A DNA stretch of 63,810 bases, counting the filler, from Squatina squatina (Eukaryota): the NCBI GenBank assembly GCA_031763465.1. It is 13 parts of one record of this genome, joined end to end, with 100 filler letters (N's around TTAATTAATTAA, not from the genome) between each part and the next. Parts side by side here need not be neighbours in the genome. Positions count along the whole stretch, not along the records: positions 21,973 to 25,552 come from JARFOE010000051.1; positions 25,653 to 35,315 come from JARFOE010000051.1; positions 35,416 to 38,487 come from JARFOE010000051.1; 10 more parts are not named here. One strand, written 5' to 3'. The notes beneath the pieces are model-generated. The model did no database searches. It saw only the letters and a program-made list of their open reading frames with translations, and was not told the DNA's origin. Shown piece by piece: positions 23,006-35,925 of the stretch (positions are counted from its first letter, which is position 1; each line of letters starts with the position of its first letter). A program made the position numbers and the translations under genes.

Positions 23006-25498
23006 TTTAAGCGTCCCGTCTGAGTCTTCCAGCTCTACACCCGCTACCACCTCGGCAGATTTAGATGAAATCCCAACTCTCGGCAGTTTCAGTTTCAATT
23101 TCCCTCCCTCTGTTTCTGTGTCAGATTCAGTTGTGTCGTCCTCAGCCTTGACTTTTGATGAGCCGATTCGAAACTTGGGCATTTTGATTTTGCCCCCTTT
23201 GATTTTGTCCTCTGGGCTTTCTATTTCCACCTCTCCCTCCACTTGGGGGGCTTTAAGTTCTACTTTTGCTTTCGGTTTAGATTTGTCCGTTGAGAGACTG
23301 GCGTCCAGGTCTGTTCCAGTGCCCTTTGCCTCAGATGTGGACATGCCAAAACTTGGCAAGGACACTTGAGGCATCTTTATTTTGAATTCACCTCCTGGGA
23401 CCTGAGTGTCAATTTTGGGGCCTGATGTATCACCATCAATCGGTTTGCCTTTGGACAGGTTGATGTTGAGGTCGAGTTCTGGAGCTTTCATTTTTGGTGG
23501 TGAGAACTTTGGTAGAGTAAAACCCGGCATTTTAAATTTTCCNNNNNNNNNNNNNNNNNNNNNNNNNNNNNNNNNNNNNNNNNNNNNNNNNNNNNNNNNN
23601 NNNNNNNNNNNNNNNNNNNNNNNNNNNNNNNNNNNNNNNNNNNNNNNNNNNNNNNNNNNNNNNNNNNNNNNNNNNNNNNNNNNNNNNNNNNNNNNNNNNN
23701 NNNNNNNNNNNNNNNNNNNNNNNNNNNNNNNNNNNNNNNNNNNNNNNNNNNNNNNNNNNNNNNNNNNNNNNNNNNNNNNNNNNNNNNNNNNNNNNNNNNN
23801 NNNNNNNNNNNNNNNNNNNNNNNNNNNNNNNNNNNNNNNNNNNNNNNNNNNNNNNNNNNNNNNNNNNNNNNNNNNNNNNNNNNNNNNNNNNNNNNNNNNN
23901 NNNNNNNNNNNNNNNNNNNNNNNNNNNNNNNNNNNNNNNNNNNNNNNNNNNNNNNNNNNNNNNNNNNNNNNNNNNNNNNNNNNNNNNNNNNNNNNNNNNN
24001 NNNNNNNNNNNNNNNNNNNNNNNNNNNNNNNNNNNNNNNNNNNNNNNNNNNNNNNNNNNNNNNNNNNNNNNNNNNNNNNNNNNNNNNNNNNNATCTGTAT
24101 AGTTGGCATTTTCAACTTGCCGCCAGAACCTTCTAGTTCAGTATCTGAAATGCTAGATTTGGTCTTAATATCTAACTCCAGATCCGCTTCTGCCCGATCG
24201 CCTTTTGGCCCTGATATACCAAAGGTGGGCATTGTAAAAGAAGGCATCTTTAGTTGGATGTCGGGTCCTTCAATGCTCAGGTCATGGCCCTTAGTGCTGG
24301 TATCCACCTTTGGTGCTTTCACACTGGCACTGGGACCTTTCACCTCCATTTTGCCCTTTGATAAAGTGCCATCTAAAGGAAGACTTGTGTCAGCTTCCAG
24401 AGGTTTGCTTTTAGATGTTGAAATCCCAAATTTGGTAATTTTCATAAAGGTTGTTTTCATTTTTCCCTCTGGACTTCCTGTTTCAAGCTCTGGTCCTTTA
24501 ACCTCTATCTTGCCTTTTGAAATATGTGCATCAACTTCAGGGGCTCTTACACCAGTGTCAGCTCCAGGTATGGAGATGTCGATGCCCTCTTCATATTTCT
24601 TGGAAGTTCCAAACGTAGGCATTTTGAACTTGGGCATCTTAAACTTGCCTTCTTTCCCTTTTAGTTTTATGTCATCAACATCTGCATCTACTGATGGTCC
24701 TTTGATATTGACGTCAAGGGCTTTCCCTTTAACTTGAACCTTTCCTTTTGCTTCTGGAGAGGGCACCTTTCCTTCAACTTTAGCTGCACTGCTATCTGCC
24801 TCTGCGTCCACTTTACCTTTAGAACCAAATTTTGGCAACGATACTTTGGGCATTTTCACTTTGGCATCAGGCCCTTCAATGCTAACCCCAGCTGGATGGC
24901 TACCACTATCAATCTTGGCATCTCCTTCAACAGAGAAAGTTGATTTAACTGAAGGAAGGTTGATATCAACATCTGGGACCTTAGCCTGAAGTGCTGAAAT
25001 ATTAATTGTTGGCATTTTCATTGAGGGCAGTTTCAGTTTCGCTTCTGAACTATCAATTCCTTCCATGTCAACCTTTCCCTTTGAGATTTTTGTGTCTCTT
25101 TTACCAGTCTTGATATCGGTCTCAATCACTGGGCCAGCCACATCAACTTCACCTGGTTTCATCTTAGGAAGTGCGACTTCAAATTTGGGCATTTTAAGCC
25201 CTGGGCTTTTTACTCTACCATCTGGGTCTTCAGCTTTCAACCCTTTCCCTGCTTTCATTTCAACGTCTGCTCCAGCCTCTTTGCTCTTAATTGAAATATC
25301 AAACTTTGGAAGTGATACCTTTGGCATTTGAAAAGTGACATCAGGCCTGGCCATGGTGATTCCAGGCATCTGGCTGTCTCCAGCAGTCTTTGGTGATTTA
25401 ATGTCGACAATATTAGCATCTCCTCGAACACCGAATTCAGAAATTTCTGCTTTTCCTTTTGAATGGCAGATGTCAAGTTCCACCTCTGGTACTTTTAC
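23006..25498 (-). CDS. PRX: Periaxin (L-periaxin) giant exon, repeat region and near-C-terminal part; gap at 23543-24092
   Basis: Stop-free frame of KMPK(F/V)xxPxF repeats. EGGKLKLKLPRVG resembles the periaxin C-terminus. The diagnostic exon start lies on the next scaffold. Confidence 0.85.
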
Positions 25499-25652
25499 AA
25501 ATCTGTGTCCTCTGGTTACTGACCCTTTTGTCAGTGGAAACAGTTTCTCCCTNNNNNNNNNNNNNNNNNNNNNNNNNNNNNNNNNNNNNNNNNNNNTTAA
25601 TTAATTAANNNNNNNNNNNNNNNNNNNNNNNNNNNNNNNNNNNNNNNNNNNN

Positions 25653-25794
25653 GTCTCTTAAACTTGGAAAATTTAGGAAACGCAAACTCCACATCTACCG
25701 GCACATCCAGTTCCACAGCTGCCTCTTCCTTGCTGAGGATCTTCTCCTTCACAAGCTTCTTAGTTTTCTTGACAGGTGAGATGCTCTTGACACT
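25653..25794 (-). CDS. PRX: Periaxin, 5' end of the giant exon
   Basis: TCTTCTGTTTAG acceptor then SVKSISPVKKTKK..PVDVEFAFPKFSKFKR, compared with recalled human NIQSLSPVKKKKM..PVDVEFSFPKFSRLRR. Confidence 0.92.
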
Positions 25795-25999
25795 CTAAAC
25801 AGAAGACACAAACGTTAGTATTCAGCATGGAACTCGGAACTCTCCTTAATGTACAGCTCAGCTTGCAAGTTCAAAACCATTTCCTCCATTTTTGCTGTTC
25901 CTGAGCAACGTCCAATGTTAGTCATGGTCAACACACAAGATGTTCTTTGTTGGAATAAGGGACTTGCGAAGTTGAGAAATTGGCCTTGTTAGCAGCTTC

Positions 26000-26572
26000 T
26001 GTTATCACCTCGGGGTGGTGGTGGGGGGTGCGATAACAGGGTGTTAACCAGGTTGCGACCCGGCACGGCGATAACAGGAGCTGCTAGCGAGGCGTCCATC
26101 GGGAGCCAGGCGCTTCAGAGGCAATACTTAAAGGCGAGGTGGCCGGGATAAGTACAAAAAAAATTTACCTTCTCTCTTGCAGGTTTTTTCGCCGGTCTTC
26201 TTTGCCCGGGATCGATCAGGCAATCTGTTTGAGCGCTGGGCTGATCGGGCCGGATCGCGGCTGCGGTCGTGGAGAAGGTAACTTTTTTTTGCAGAACCTG
26301 CAGCAACGGGCCTTCCCTTTTGGGGAGGGAAGGAGCCTTTCAAGGCGACAGCACTGCACGGTTCAGTGTGCAGCGCTGATCCACTCACCGCCCCGCCTGC
26401 TGACAACTGCGCACCAGGAAGAAAGTGGGGCGCATGATATAGCACTGCACTCCCTTCACGGAGCGCAGCCGTCGAATATTTTAAAAGTAGGAAAGGATTA
26501 GTGCCTGCCATTAATTTTTCTACTTTTAAAAGTTGGCGCCCCAAACAGGGCGCTTCCAAATTTCTCCCCCTT
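26000..26572. mobile_element. GC/CpG-rich putative Harbinger-type element
   Basis: Ends AAATTTCTCCCC; internal similarity to 12116-12400 in inverted orientation. Confidence 0.45.
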
Positions 26573-26680
26573 GATACAGGNNNNNNNNNNNNNNNNNNNN
26601 NNNNNNNNNNNNNNNNNNNNNNNNNNNNNNNNNNNNNNNNNNNNNNNNNNNNNNNNNNNNNNNNNNNNNNNNNNNNNNNN

Positions 26681-27500
26681 AATGGGGATCAGGGGAAAAG
26701 TCTCCAATGGCTGGAATCATACCTGGCACAAAGAAAGATGATTGTGGCTATTGAAGGCCAATTATCTCAGTCCTAGGACATTGCTGCAGGAGTTCCTCAT
26801 GGCAGTGTCCGAGGTTCAACTATCTTTAGCTGCTTCATCAATGACCTTCCCTCCATCATCAGGTCAGAAGTGGGGCTGCTTGCAAATGATTTCACAGTGT
26901 TTAGCTCCATTCTCAATTTCTCACGGGATGAAACAGTCCATGCCGGAGTGCAGCAAGACCTGAACTGGTTTGGACTGATAAGTGCAAGTAACATTTGTGC
27001 CACATAAGTGACAGACAATATCCATCTGCAGCATCAGAGTCTAACTACCTCCCCATGCGAATCAATGCCATTACCATCGTCGAGTCTCCCAATGTCAATA
27101 TCCTGGGCTCACCATCGACCAGGGACTCAACTGGTCCAGCCACATAAATACTCTGGCTACCAGAGCAGGTCAAAAGCTGAGTATTCATTGGGAGCGGCTC
27201 ATTTCCTGACTCCCTAAAGTCGCTGCATTACCTCCAAGGCAACGGTCAGGAGTGTGATGGAGTACTCATCCCTTGCCTGGATGAGTGCAGTTGCAACAAT
27301 ACACAAGAAACTCGACACCATCCAGGACAAGGCAGTGCACTTGATCGGCACCCCATCCACCACCTTAAACCTTCACTCCCTCCACTATTGGTGTACCGTG
27401 GTTGCAATGTGTACTATCTACAGGATGTATTGCAGCAACTCCCCAGACTTATTGCAGGACCATGTTCCTGCCCTCTGACCTCTGCCATCAAGAACTAAAG
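26681..27500 (+). mobile_element. L2/CR1-superfamily LINE RT fragment (same family as 2225-3384)
   Basis: WLESYLAQRKM..GVPHGS..FINDLPSII..IQDKAVHLIG. Confidence 0.82.
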
Positions 27501-28419
27501 TAACAATGTTGTGACACCTGTCTCCAACTTACTGATTGACTTGACAGTCAAAGACACCAGCATTCTAATCTGCAGGCAGGCCTTTAAGTGAACTCACTAT
27601 TCATTTCAAGAATGCCTTCTAGCCTTAAAGGCGGACACTTCTAAATTTTATTTATCATGTCCTGTCCTCGTAAAACTGCACCACCTCTGATTTATTTGCG
27701 CAATGCCACGAGAGAGTCACCAGTCGTTAATTGAAAAGATAATTGGTGTATTCATGTGTTGTGAAAAACACTTGGGTGCCTCTGATGTATGTGAATGGAT
27801 ATGAATGAGGACTAATAAGAGCGATAGCATACACTTCCTGCATTATCTTGGCATGACCCTTTGCGGAAGAGGAACTGTTTTAACCAAAGTAAAGCATTTG
27901 TTTATGACANNNNNNNNNNNNNNNNNNNNNNNNNNNNNNNNNNNNNNNNNNNNNNNNNNNNNNNNNNNNNNNNNNNNNNNNNNNNNNNNNNNNNNNNNNN
28001 NNNNNNNNNCAGGTAAGGGGTACTGAGTTGCACGATCAGCCATGATCATATTGAATGGCGGTGCAGGCTCGAAGGGCCGAATGGCCTTCTCCTGAACCTA
28101 TTTTCTATGTTTCTATGTATCAGACAGAGAGCAGCGTAATGGAGCGTGTAATCCAAACCGAGGACTGCTGACTTACTTATTAATTACAGAAAATAACTGC
28201 TTACAGTGACGGCAGGCTCCGAGTATTCAGAAGGATTAAAGTTCAGTCCCGCACACTGAAACTTCCTTTGTTTGCTGCCCTTTCCCGAGATATTTTTGAT
28301 GACTGAACTTTGACTTTTCAGTCAAGCTGTGAGAATTTTTCTTTTTAATCCGGCCTTCTGTTTTTCCCTCCATTTTTTTTCCACACATCACACACTTTGT
28401 TAAGGTACTTTCGCATGTT

Positions 28420-28990
28420 GGTTATCTTACTGGACTAGTGACCCAGAGGCCTAGACTAATGATCCAGAGGGCGTGAATTCAAATCCAATCATTGCAGTTT
28501 CATAATTTGAATTCAGTTTTTAAAAAAATCTTACAATAAAAAGATGGTCTGAGTAAAAGTGACCATGACGCTGTCTTATTGTCATAAAAACCTAACTGGT
28601 TCACTGATGTCCTTCAGGGTAGGAAACCTGCCGTCCTTATCCTGTCTGGCCTATCTGTAAGTCAAGTTCTACACCAACATGTTTGTGGGCTCTTGCTGTT
28701 TTGCAAGTTGGCTGTCACGTTTCCTACATTACAACAGTGACTTTACTTGAAAAGTACTGCATTGGCTGTAAAGCGCTTCAGGATGTCCTGAGGTTGTGAA
28801 CGGTGCTATATAAATGCAAGTCTTTGTTTCTTTTCTTTAATGTGGTTGACTCTTAACCGCTCTCTGAAGTGGCCTAGCAAAACACTCAGTTGTGTCGAGG
28901 GGAAGGCCCACCACCATCTTCTCAGGACAGCTAGGGTTGGGCAATAAATGTCAGCCCTGCCAGCAACGTCCACATCTCAATATTGGAAAA
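28420..28990 (+). mobile_element. tRNA-derived SINE with a nested DeuSINE tail (about 28680-28835)
   Basis: Same family at 58262-58495 and 59345-59670 (GGTTATGTTACTGG..CTGGTTCACTAATG..GGAAGGAAA). Confidence 0.65.
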
Positions 28991-29019
28991 TAAACTTCTG
29001 CTAAAGCATATTTTCAAGA

Positions 29020-29360
29020 TGATATGTTTTGATAAGAGTCGAGAGAGGAAAAACATTCCCTCTGGTGAGTGAGTCAATAACTAGGGGTCATAGATTGAAA
29101 ATCATTGGCAAAAGATCTCGAGGGGAGATGAGGAGAAAAGGTTTCACTCAGAGTTGTCGGGATCTAGGGCGCTCTACCTGAAAAGGTGGAGGAAGCTGTT
29201 TCCATCAATAATTTTAAACCGGAATTGGCCGGGTACTTGATGAGCAACCGACAAAGTTAGGCACAGGGCGGTGTGGGACTGAGCACGACTGCACTTTCAC
29301 ACAGCCAGCACAGACACAACGGGCTGAATGGCCTCCTCCTGTGTTGTAAGTTTCTATGAT
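29020..29360 (+). mobile_element. CR1 LINE 3' end
   Basis: ACTAGGGGTCATAGA..GAGATGAGGAGAAA..GGGCTGAATGGCCTCCTCCTGTG. Confidence 0.8.
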
Positions 29361-30489
29361 GTACTGGGGCATGTATTTGGCAGGCAGCTCAGACATTGCC
29401 TCTCTGTTACTCTGAAATACACAGAACTGAAACCCACTGCTGGAGGTGTTCATTTACCTCTGACCGGGCGTAGTTGGAGCTTCAGTCACATCAGGGCTGC
29501 AGGGATGTTGGGCAATGTTATCTTTACTCAGTCACTGAGTGTTGACAGCAGGCGTGCTCCAACCAGCTCTCGAGTGCAGCACGACCCATTTATATCCGAT
29601 CTCTTTCGGATTTGTTTTTTTTGTGCTCATGGAGGTGAGGGATGTTGGAGAAATCTATGGATAGATATACCATGGTGAGGACCTCACCAACATTCCCCTA
29701 CTCTGCCCCAACAATATGCCTTAGCACCAAACCCAGCACTCTCCGACTGAACCGATGTGCCAGTTATCCTTTTCCAACACCAGCCGGCATATGGCCTTGA
29801 GCCAGATTGCCAACTGTTGCCAATTTAGGGGTCAAATAGCAACTGGGTGAAATCACCCAGACCGACTTCAGGTTGGAACCTTATAGCCAATTTGGCCCAA
29901 GTGGTTTTAAAAAGTGTCTAACCTACTGCAATCACCCAATTCCACAAACAATCGGTACACTTAATCACACGAGGTTGTGAGGAGATCCCAGTGCAAATGT
30001 GCCGTGTATTTAATATCTGCACGAACTGTCATACGGAGGCCACCTGATGTGAAGGGGCAGGTGGCACCTTTGTGTAGGGTTGCACATGACGACAGCACAA
30101 ACACTTGATGGCAGGCCTATTAAACCAGGTCTACCAAACCAGACAGCTCCCTGGGGCCGACAACCAAAAGGTCACTGGGCTTATTTAGTACATTGGTACC
30201 AAGACACCAAACGAAATTCACACTAAACCCTACGTACTTTAATAACATGCAATGGTCGTAATTCATCGCCTCACATTGCTTCCGCCCTGAGTGACAGACC
30301 TTTACCCACCAGNNNNNNNNNNNNNNNNNNNNNNNNNNNNNNNNNNNNNNNNNNNNNNNNNNNNNNNNNNNNNNNNNNNNNNNNNNNNNNNNNNNNNNNN
30401 NNNNNNNNNNNNCCCATCGCCACTGGTTCCTTGATGCTGGAAATACCCCATCAATCTACACTCATTCATCAGCAAAGTGATAGAAGGTG

Positions 30490-30850
30490 TTGTCACTGTT
30501 GTAATGTAGGCATTGCAGCAGCCAATTTGCACACAGCAAGGTCCCATAAAAAGTAATGTGATAATGACCAGAAAACCTGCTTTAATAAAGTTGATTTAGG
30601 GATAAATATTGACCAGGACACCTGGGATAATTCCCTTGCTCTTTTTCAAGTAGTGCCGTGGGATCTTTTATGTCCACTTGAGAGAGCAAACAGGGCCTCG
30701 GTTTAAAGTATCATCTGAAAGACGGTACCCAGAACAGTGCAGCACTCTCTCCGTACTGCACTAGAGTGCCAGCCTAGGTTTTTGTGTTCAAGTCTCTGGA
30801 ATGGGACTTGAACCCACAACCTTCTGACTCAGAGGTAAGTGTGCTGACAA
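30490..30850 (-). mobile_element. DeuSINE (SacSINE1-like)
   Basis: Reverse complement of the 11655-12090 / 61005-61465 family. Confidence 0.78.
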
Positions 30851-30855
30851 TTGAA

Positions 30856-31101
30856 TCACAGAGGAACCAGTTTCTCCCTACTTTCGCTCTCAAAAACCTT
30901 CATAATTTTGAATTCCTCTATCAAATCTTCCCTTCGCCTTCTTTGTTCTAAGGAGAACAATCCCAGCTCCTTCAATCTCTCCACATAACTGAACTCCCTC
31001 ATCCCTGGTATCATCCTGGTAAACCTCCTCTGTACCCTCTCCAAGGCCTTGACATCCTTCCTAAAGTGTGGTGTTCATAATTGTACACAATATTCCAGCT
31101 G
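30856..31101 (-). mobile_element. CR1 LINE fragment
   Basis: QLEYCVQL..LERVQRRFTRMIPG. Confidence 0.85.
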
Positions 31102-31201
31102 NNNNNNNNNNNNNNNNNNNNNNNNNNNNNNNNNNNNNNNNNNNNNNNNNNNNNNNNNNNNNNNNNNNNNNNNNNNNNNNNNNNNNNNNNNNNNNNNNNN
31201 N

Positions 31202-31315
31202 TCGTGCTCCTCCTGCGTGGGTGCGTTTGGATCCACCATGATCATCTTCTCGTACATGTCTTTCCGCAGTTTGGGCTTCTCACGAGCTTTGGTCAACTCC
31301 TCCTCAAGGTAGGTC
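31202..31315 (-). CDS. ITPKC: Inositol-trisphosphate 3-kinase internal exon (3' end in gap), most like ITPKC
   Basis: TTTCCTTTTGAAG acceptor, [37 protein letters not shown]. Family is certain; paralogue assigned from DMYEKM/EEH and the neighbouring genes. Confidence 0.8.
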
Positions 31316-31419
31316 CTTCAAAAGGAAATTTGGAATCCATCAGTCGCAATGTCAGATAAAATATAAAGGACTAAGCACGCGGTGAAAACGTCAACTGTGA
31401 TTCGCAGAGGCGTTTAGTG

Positions 31420-31760
31420 TACCATCCTCCATGGCCTTACCCCTCCCTATCTCTGAAACCTCCTCCAGCCCATCAAACCCCCCGAGGTCTTTGCGCTCCT
31501 CCAGTTCTGGCCTCTTGGGCAATTCCAATTTTCTTTGCTCCATCATTGGCAGCCATGCCTTCAGCTGTCTTGGCTCTGAGCTCTGGGATTCCCTCCCTAA
31601 ACCCCTCTCTCTTCCTTTAAGGCTTCCTTGACCAAGCTTTTGGTCATCTGTCCTAATATCTCCTTATGTGGCTCAGTGTCAGATTTTGCCTGATAATGCT
31701 CCCGTGAAGCGCCTTGGGGCTTTTTCCTTTTTAAGAGGCTATATAAATGAACGTTGTTGC
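31420..31760 (+). mobile_element. L2 LINE 3' end
   Basis: LHGLTPPYL..PPRSLRSSSSGLL..AFSCLGSELWDSLP. Confidence 0.8.
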
Positions 31761-33189
31761 TGCAGATGTGACAGCTACACAACATGCACATAGGCAGCAC
31801 CTCCAACACACTGATCCCCCTCAGGTTCTAACAGGGGACGGGCGTAAAGCAACGACCAGAATTAGATGAGATGGTCAAGAAGGTGGGTTTTTAGGAGGTT
31901 TGATAAAAAGTGGGGAGAGCAGTACTGAGGCAAAGTTACATTGCAACAGTGGCTACACTTCAAAAGTACTTCATTGGCTGTAAAGTGCTTTGGGACGTCC
32001 GGTGGATGTGAAAGGCGCTATAGAAATGCAAGTCTTTCTTTCAAAGAGCAACAGGGAGCGAGGGCGGCGGCGGCAGCCGACTGCTCCGCCACCACGAGCG
32101 GGGAGAGGCCACAAAGGTCAGAGCAGGGGGTCAAAGGATCAGAGAGGCGAGATGGGGAGATAGTGGGGGTCAGCGAGGGCCAGAGACAAGACTGTATTTG
32201 GTGCAGGAGGTCACGCTGGACGGGTTGGAGTGTGTGTAGAGTGCGGCCCGAGAGGCCAGTGATGAGACATCAACCTAGGAGAACAGGAGGCCATGAAAAC
32301 ATTTCAAACCCCTACAAACGTTCTTGCACAAAGGGTAGACACTCGACCCGGGGCCTTGGGGGTGCGGGGGCGGGTGGCGGCTGGAGGGCAGTCAGTGATC
32401 ATGGAACCAAACTCCAGCAAGAACCGATAAGGGGAAGGAGGAGGGAAGAGAAAGAGTCAATTAGTGAGAGGTTAGCATGCAAGGAGTGTTGGATTTAATT
32501 AAAGCTCCTCATAGCTAAAATATTCCTGACTGCTACAAAGGAATTGTTTGTGATGGGCTTGGTATGGAACATAGTGCTAACACGTAGGTAAACACAGCAT
32601 AGAAAGACAGAGGGGTCAGGAAGGATGTGGGAAATCACACACCCAGGTATGTAACACAGGACGTACAGCTGCAGCTCCTGCCAACAGCAGCACCACTCCC
32701 AGAGTCTCTTGCACTGAGCATTTGGGATTCAGGACAGAGCATGGGCAGGTTACTAACTAATGAATAAGTCTAGAGGACGCATAATGCGCTGCCCTTAAAT
32801 GCAGGCCGAATGCATAGTTAGAAGATGCTTTGCAAACCACACATTTGCATTCGGGTCTGGTGTTCACAACCAGCGGGCTGCTTGCAGCCCTGCACTCGGC
32901 TGTTTTGGAAATGTGGCTTGGCACTGTCACAAGCTCCTTCACACCCAAGATCATGCATTTCCCCAGGTTTTCCAGCACATTTATCAGATATTACCAAGGC
33001 TGGAACAATGGAGTATGGAGGGTGCGGGCTGGAAGGAATAAGGAGGCGGCAAACGGGTATTTGAAAACTCTGGAGAGCTGGTAAAATGAGAGTGTAAAGT
33101 CCTCTCCCTCTCCAGAAGTTGCTCTCACTGTGGTAGCGGTCCCTCGTGCACCAATCACCCAACTGTACCGCACCCCAAATGGCCAATCT

Positions 33190-33480
33190 TTACCTGTGAA
33201 CCTAGACAGTGAGTATTGTCAGCATACCAATCATGGAGGGCACCAAAGTGGAGTCCAATCCTCTCCTCGCCTGACGCTCACGCTTGCAGCAGGGGACACT
33301 GGACATCAATCAGGAGCAAGAACCCTGGCTGATTTTTCCTGTCCCCAGACCAGGAGCATTAAAGCAAAATATAGCATGTTGAGCAAACACAGTATGTGCC
33401 AAAGAGTCAAACCTGAGACCTTTCTGGTCTGCGTAGCTCAACACTTGGCATTTGCTGCTTGCCTATCCGCCACCAGCTGA
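33190..33480 (-). mobile_element. Old SINE family copy (tentatively AmnSINE2-like); other copies at 55855-56060 and 41320-41420
   Basis: Shared GATCAGGAG..CCCTGGCTGATTTTTCC core in three places; family name from memory. Confidence 0.45.
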
Positions 33481-33579
33481 CTGTTATCTCCAATTGTGCA
33501 TCTGACCAGAATTAAACCATACTTACCTGGATTAGTGAGGATGCGAGGTAATTACTTTAATTTAGAACAAATATATTAC

Positions 33580-34310
33580 AGCAACAACGCACAGTCTCAA
33601 GGCACTTCACAGAGGCGTAATCAGACAAAATACGGAGGCTGAGCCAAAGAAAGAGATGTTAGGAGGGGTGACCAAAAGCTTGTTCAAAGTGGTGGGTTTT
33701 ACGGAGAGCAGTACAGGAGGAGAATGATGTGGAAAGGTGGAGGGGTTTATGGAGGAAATTCAAGAGCTCAGGGCCTATACAGCTGAAGAAACAGTCACGA
33801 ATGGTGAGGCAAAGGGATGGGGAATGCACAAGATGCCATAGTCAAAGTAATGGAGTCTTTGGGGAGGTGGTGTAGGGCTGGAGGACTATGAATGGATTTA
33901 AATATGAGGACGAGAATTTTAATTGGAAGCACTGAAGGACCAGTAGCCAAAGAAGGTCAGTGAGTACAGGTGGGTGAGAGGGATTTGGTGCAGGATATGA
34001 TACAGGCAGCAGAGTTTTATTTTTGTGAGGATGCAAGATAGGAGGCCAACCAGAAGAACATTGGAATAGTTGTCTGGAGGTGACAAGGGCATGGAAGACA
34101 AGTTAAGCAGCACGTGGGCTGATGTAGGGGCAGAAGCAAGCGATGTTACAGTGGTGAAAGTATGTGGTCTTTGTGATGAAGAAGAAGATATGGGGTTGAA
34201 TAAGACGCTGAGATCTGGATTAACCTGTGACAGTAGCCGGGGACAGGGGTGGAATCGATGCTGCGAAGTTTGTGATAGGGGCCAAAGACAATGGAGGGAA
34301 TTTCAAACCA
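33580..34310 (-). mobile_element. L2 LINE 3' region, degenerate
   Basis: Reverse complement of the L2 tail; LTDLLWLLV remnant. Confidence 0.72.
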
Positions 34311-34696
34311 AAGTTTACGTTGGGTGGGATGTGAAAATTTAAAAAATCTCAAACCCAAACCCTACCCGCCCACTTCTGGTTTTAATGGAGGGGGATAGGG
34401 ACGGGCAAATAACCCGCTCGCAGGATTTAGCCCTGCTGCAAGGAAGATGCAAGAGCCTTTCCAGCACTGCTTGGGGTCAGGAAGACCAGGAGTGCTTCTC
34501 TCCCAGGCATCCAAGCTAACCTGCTTCTCCTCTCCCCGCCCCACACCAAGATTGACCCTCCCGCTACAGGATAGCTGACCCTCTCGTAAGTTCCCTNNNN
34601 NNNNNNNNNNNNNNNNNNNNNNNNNNNNNNNNNNNNNNNNNNNNNNNNNNNNNNNNNNNNNNNNNNNNNNNNNNNNNNNNNNNNNNNNNNNNNNNN

Positions 34697-35025
34697 CAGT
34701 TTTTCGGATGAGACGTTAAACCGAGACCCCGCCTGTTCTCTCAGGTGGACGCAAGAGATCCTACAGCACAATTTCGAAGAGGAGCAGGGGGAGTTCTCCC
34801 CGGTGTCCTGGGGCCCAATAGTTATCCTCCAATCATCACTAAAATCAGATGATCTGCTCATCATCACATTGCTGTTTGTGGAAACTTGCTGTGGGCAAAT
34901 GGGATGCCACGTTTCCCACGTTACAACACTTCAAAAGTACTTCACTGGCTGTAAAGCGCTTTGGGACATTGAGCTGGTGAAATGCCCGATAAAAAAAAAT
35001 GCAAGTCTGTCTTTCTTTCTGTTCC
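34697..35025 (+). mobile_element. DeuSINE, 5' end in gap
   Basis: TTTCGGATGAGACGTTAAACCGAG Deu core. Confidence 0.8.
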
Positions 35026-35415
35026 TTTCTCCCTCACGTAGTTAATTAATGCCCTCTTAAATGCATCTATTCACCTCAACCACTCCACATTCTCACCACT
35101 CTCTGGGTAAAGAAGTTTCTCCTGATTTCCTTGTTGGATTTATTGGTGACTGTCTTATATTGATGGCCTCTAGTTTTGCTCTCTCCCACAAGTGGAAACA
35201 ACTCCTCGATGTCTAAAAACGTAGTACTTGCTGAAAACAGATGCCGAGGCCACCCAAGTGCGCCGTGACGAAGGTGCAGTTCAGCAGCTTAGAAGGGAGC
35301 AGCAGGTTGTGAAGANNNNNNNNNNNNNNNNNNNNNNNNNNNNNNNNNNNNNNNNNNNNTTAATTAATTAANNNNNNNNNNNNNNNNNNNNNNNNNNNNN
35401 NNNNNNNNNNNNNNN

Positions 35416-35925
35416 CCACACTTTAGGAAGGATGTGAAGGCCTAAGAGAGGGTGCAAAAGATTGACGAGAATGATTCCAGGAATGACGTACTTCAGTTAC
35501 TTGGATAGACTGGAGAAGCTGGCGTTGTTCTCCTTAGAGCAGAGAAGATTTGATAGAGGTGTTCAAAATCATGAGGGGTCTGGACAGAGGAGAGAGAGAG
35601 AAACTGTTCCCCTTGGCAGAAGGATTGAGAACCAGAGGACAAAAATTGATGGTGATTGGCAGAAGAACCAAAGGTGATGTAAGAAAAAACATTTTTACGT
35701 AGCGAGTGGTTAGGATCTGGAATGCACTGCCTGAAAGGGAGATGGAGGCAGACTCAATCTTATCTTTCAAAAGGGAGTTCGGTAAGTATCGGAAGGAAAA
35801 AGATTTGCAGGGCTGTGGTGAAAGCGCAGGGGAGTGGGACTTGCTGTGAGTCGGCACGGGTTCAATGGGCCGAATGGCCTTCTTCCGTGCTGTAATCATT
35901 CGATGATTCTATGATTCCATTCTAT
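35416..35925 (+). mobile_element. CR1 LINE 3' end
   Basis: TRMIPGM..DRLEKLALFSLEQRR and (ATTCTATG)n tail. Confidence 0.88.

Noticed and set aside
23406..25331. Long plus-strand ORFs opposite periaxin
   Set aside because: Antisense shadows of a repetitive coding exon, partly spanning Ns.
33519..33530. ATACTTACCTGG, identical to the U1 snRNA 5' end
   Set aside because: Similarity stops after 12 nt; it is simply the complement of a splice-donor consensus.
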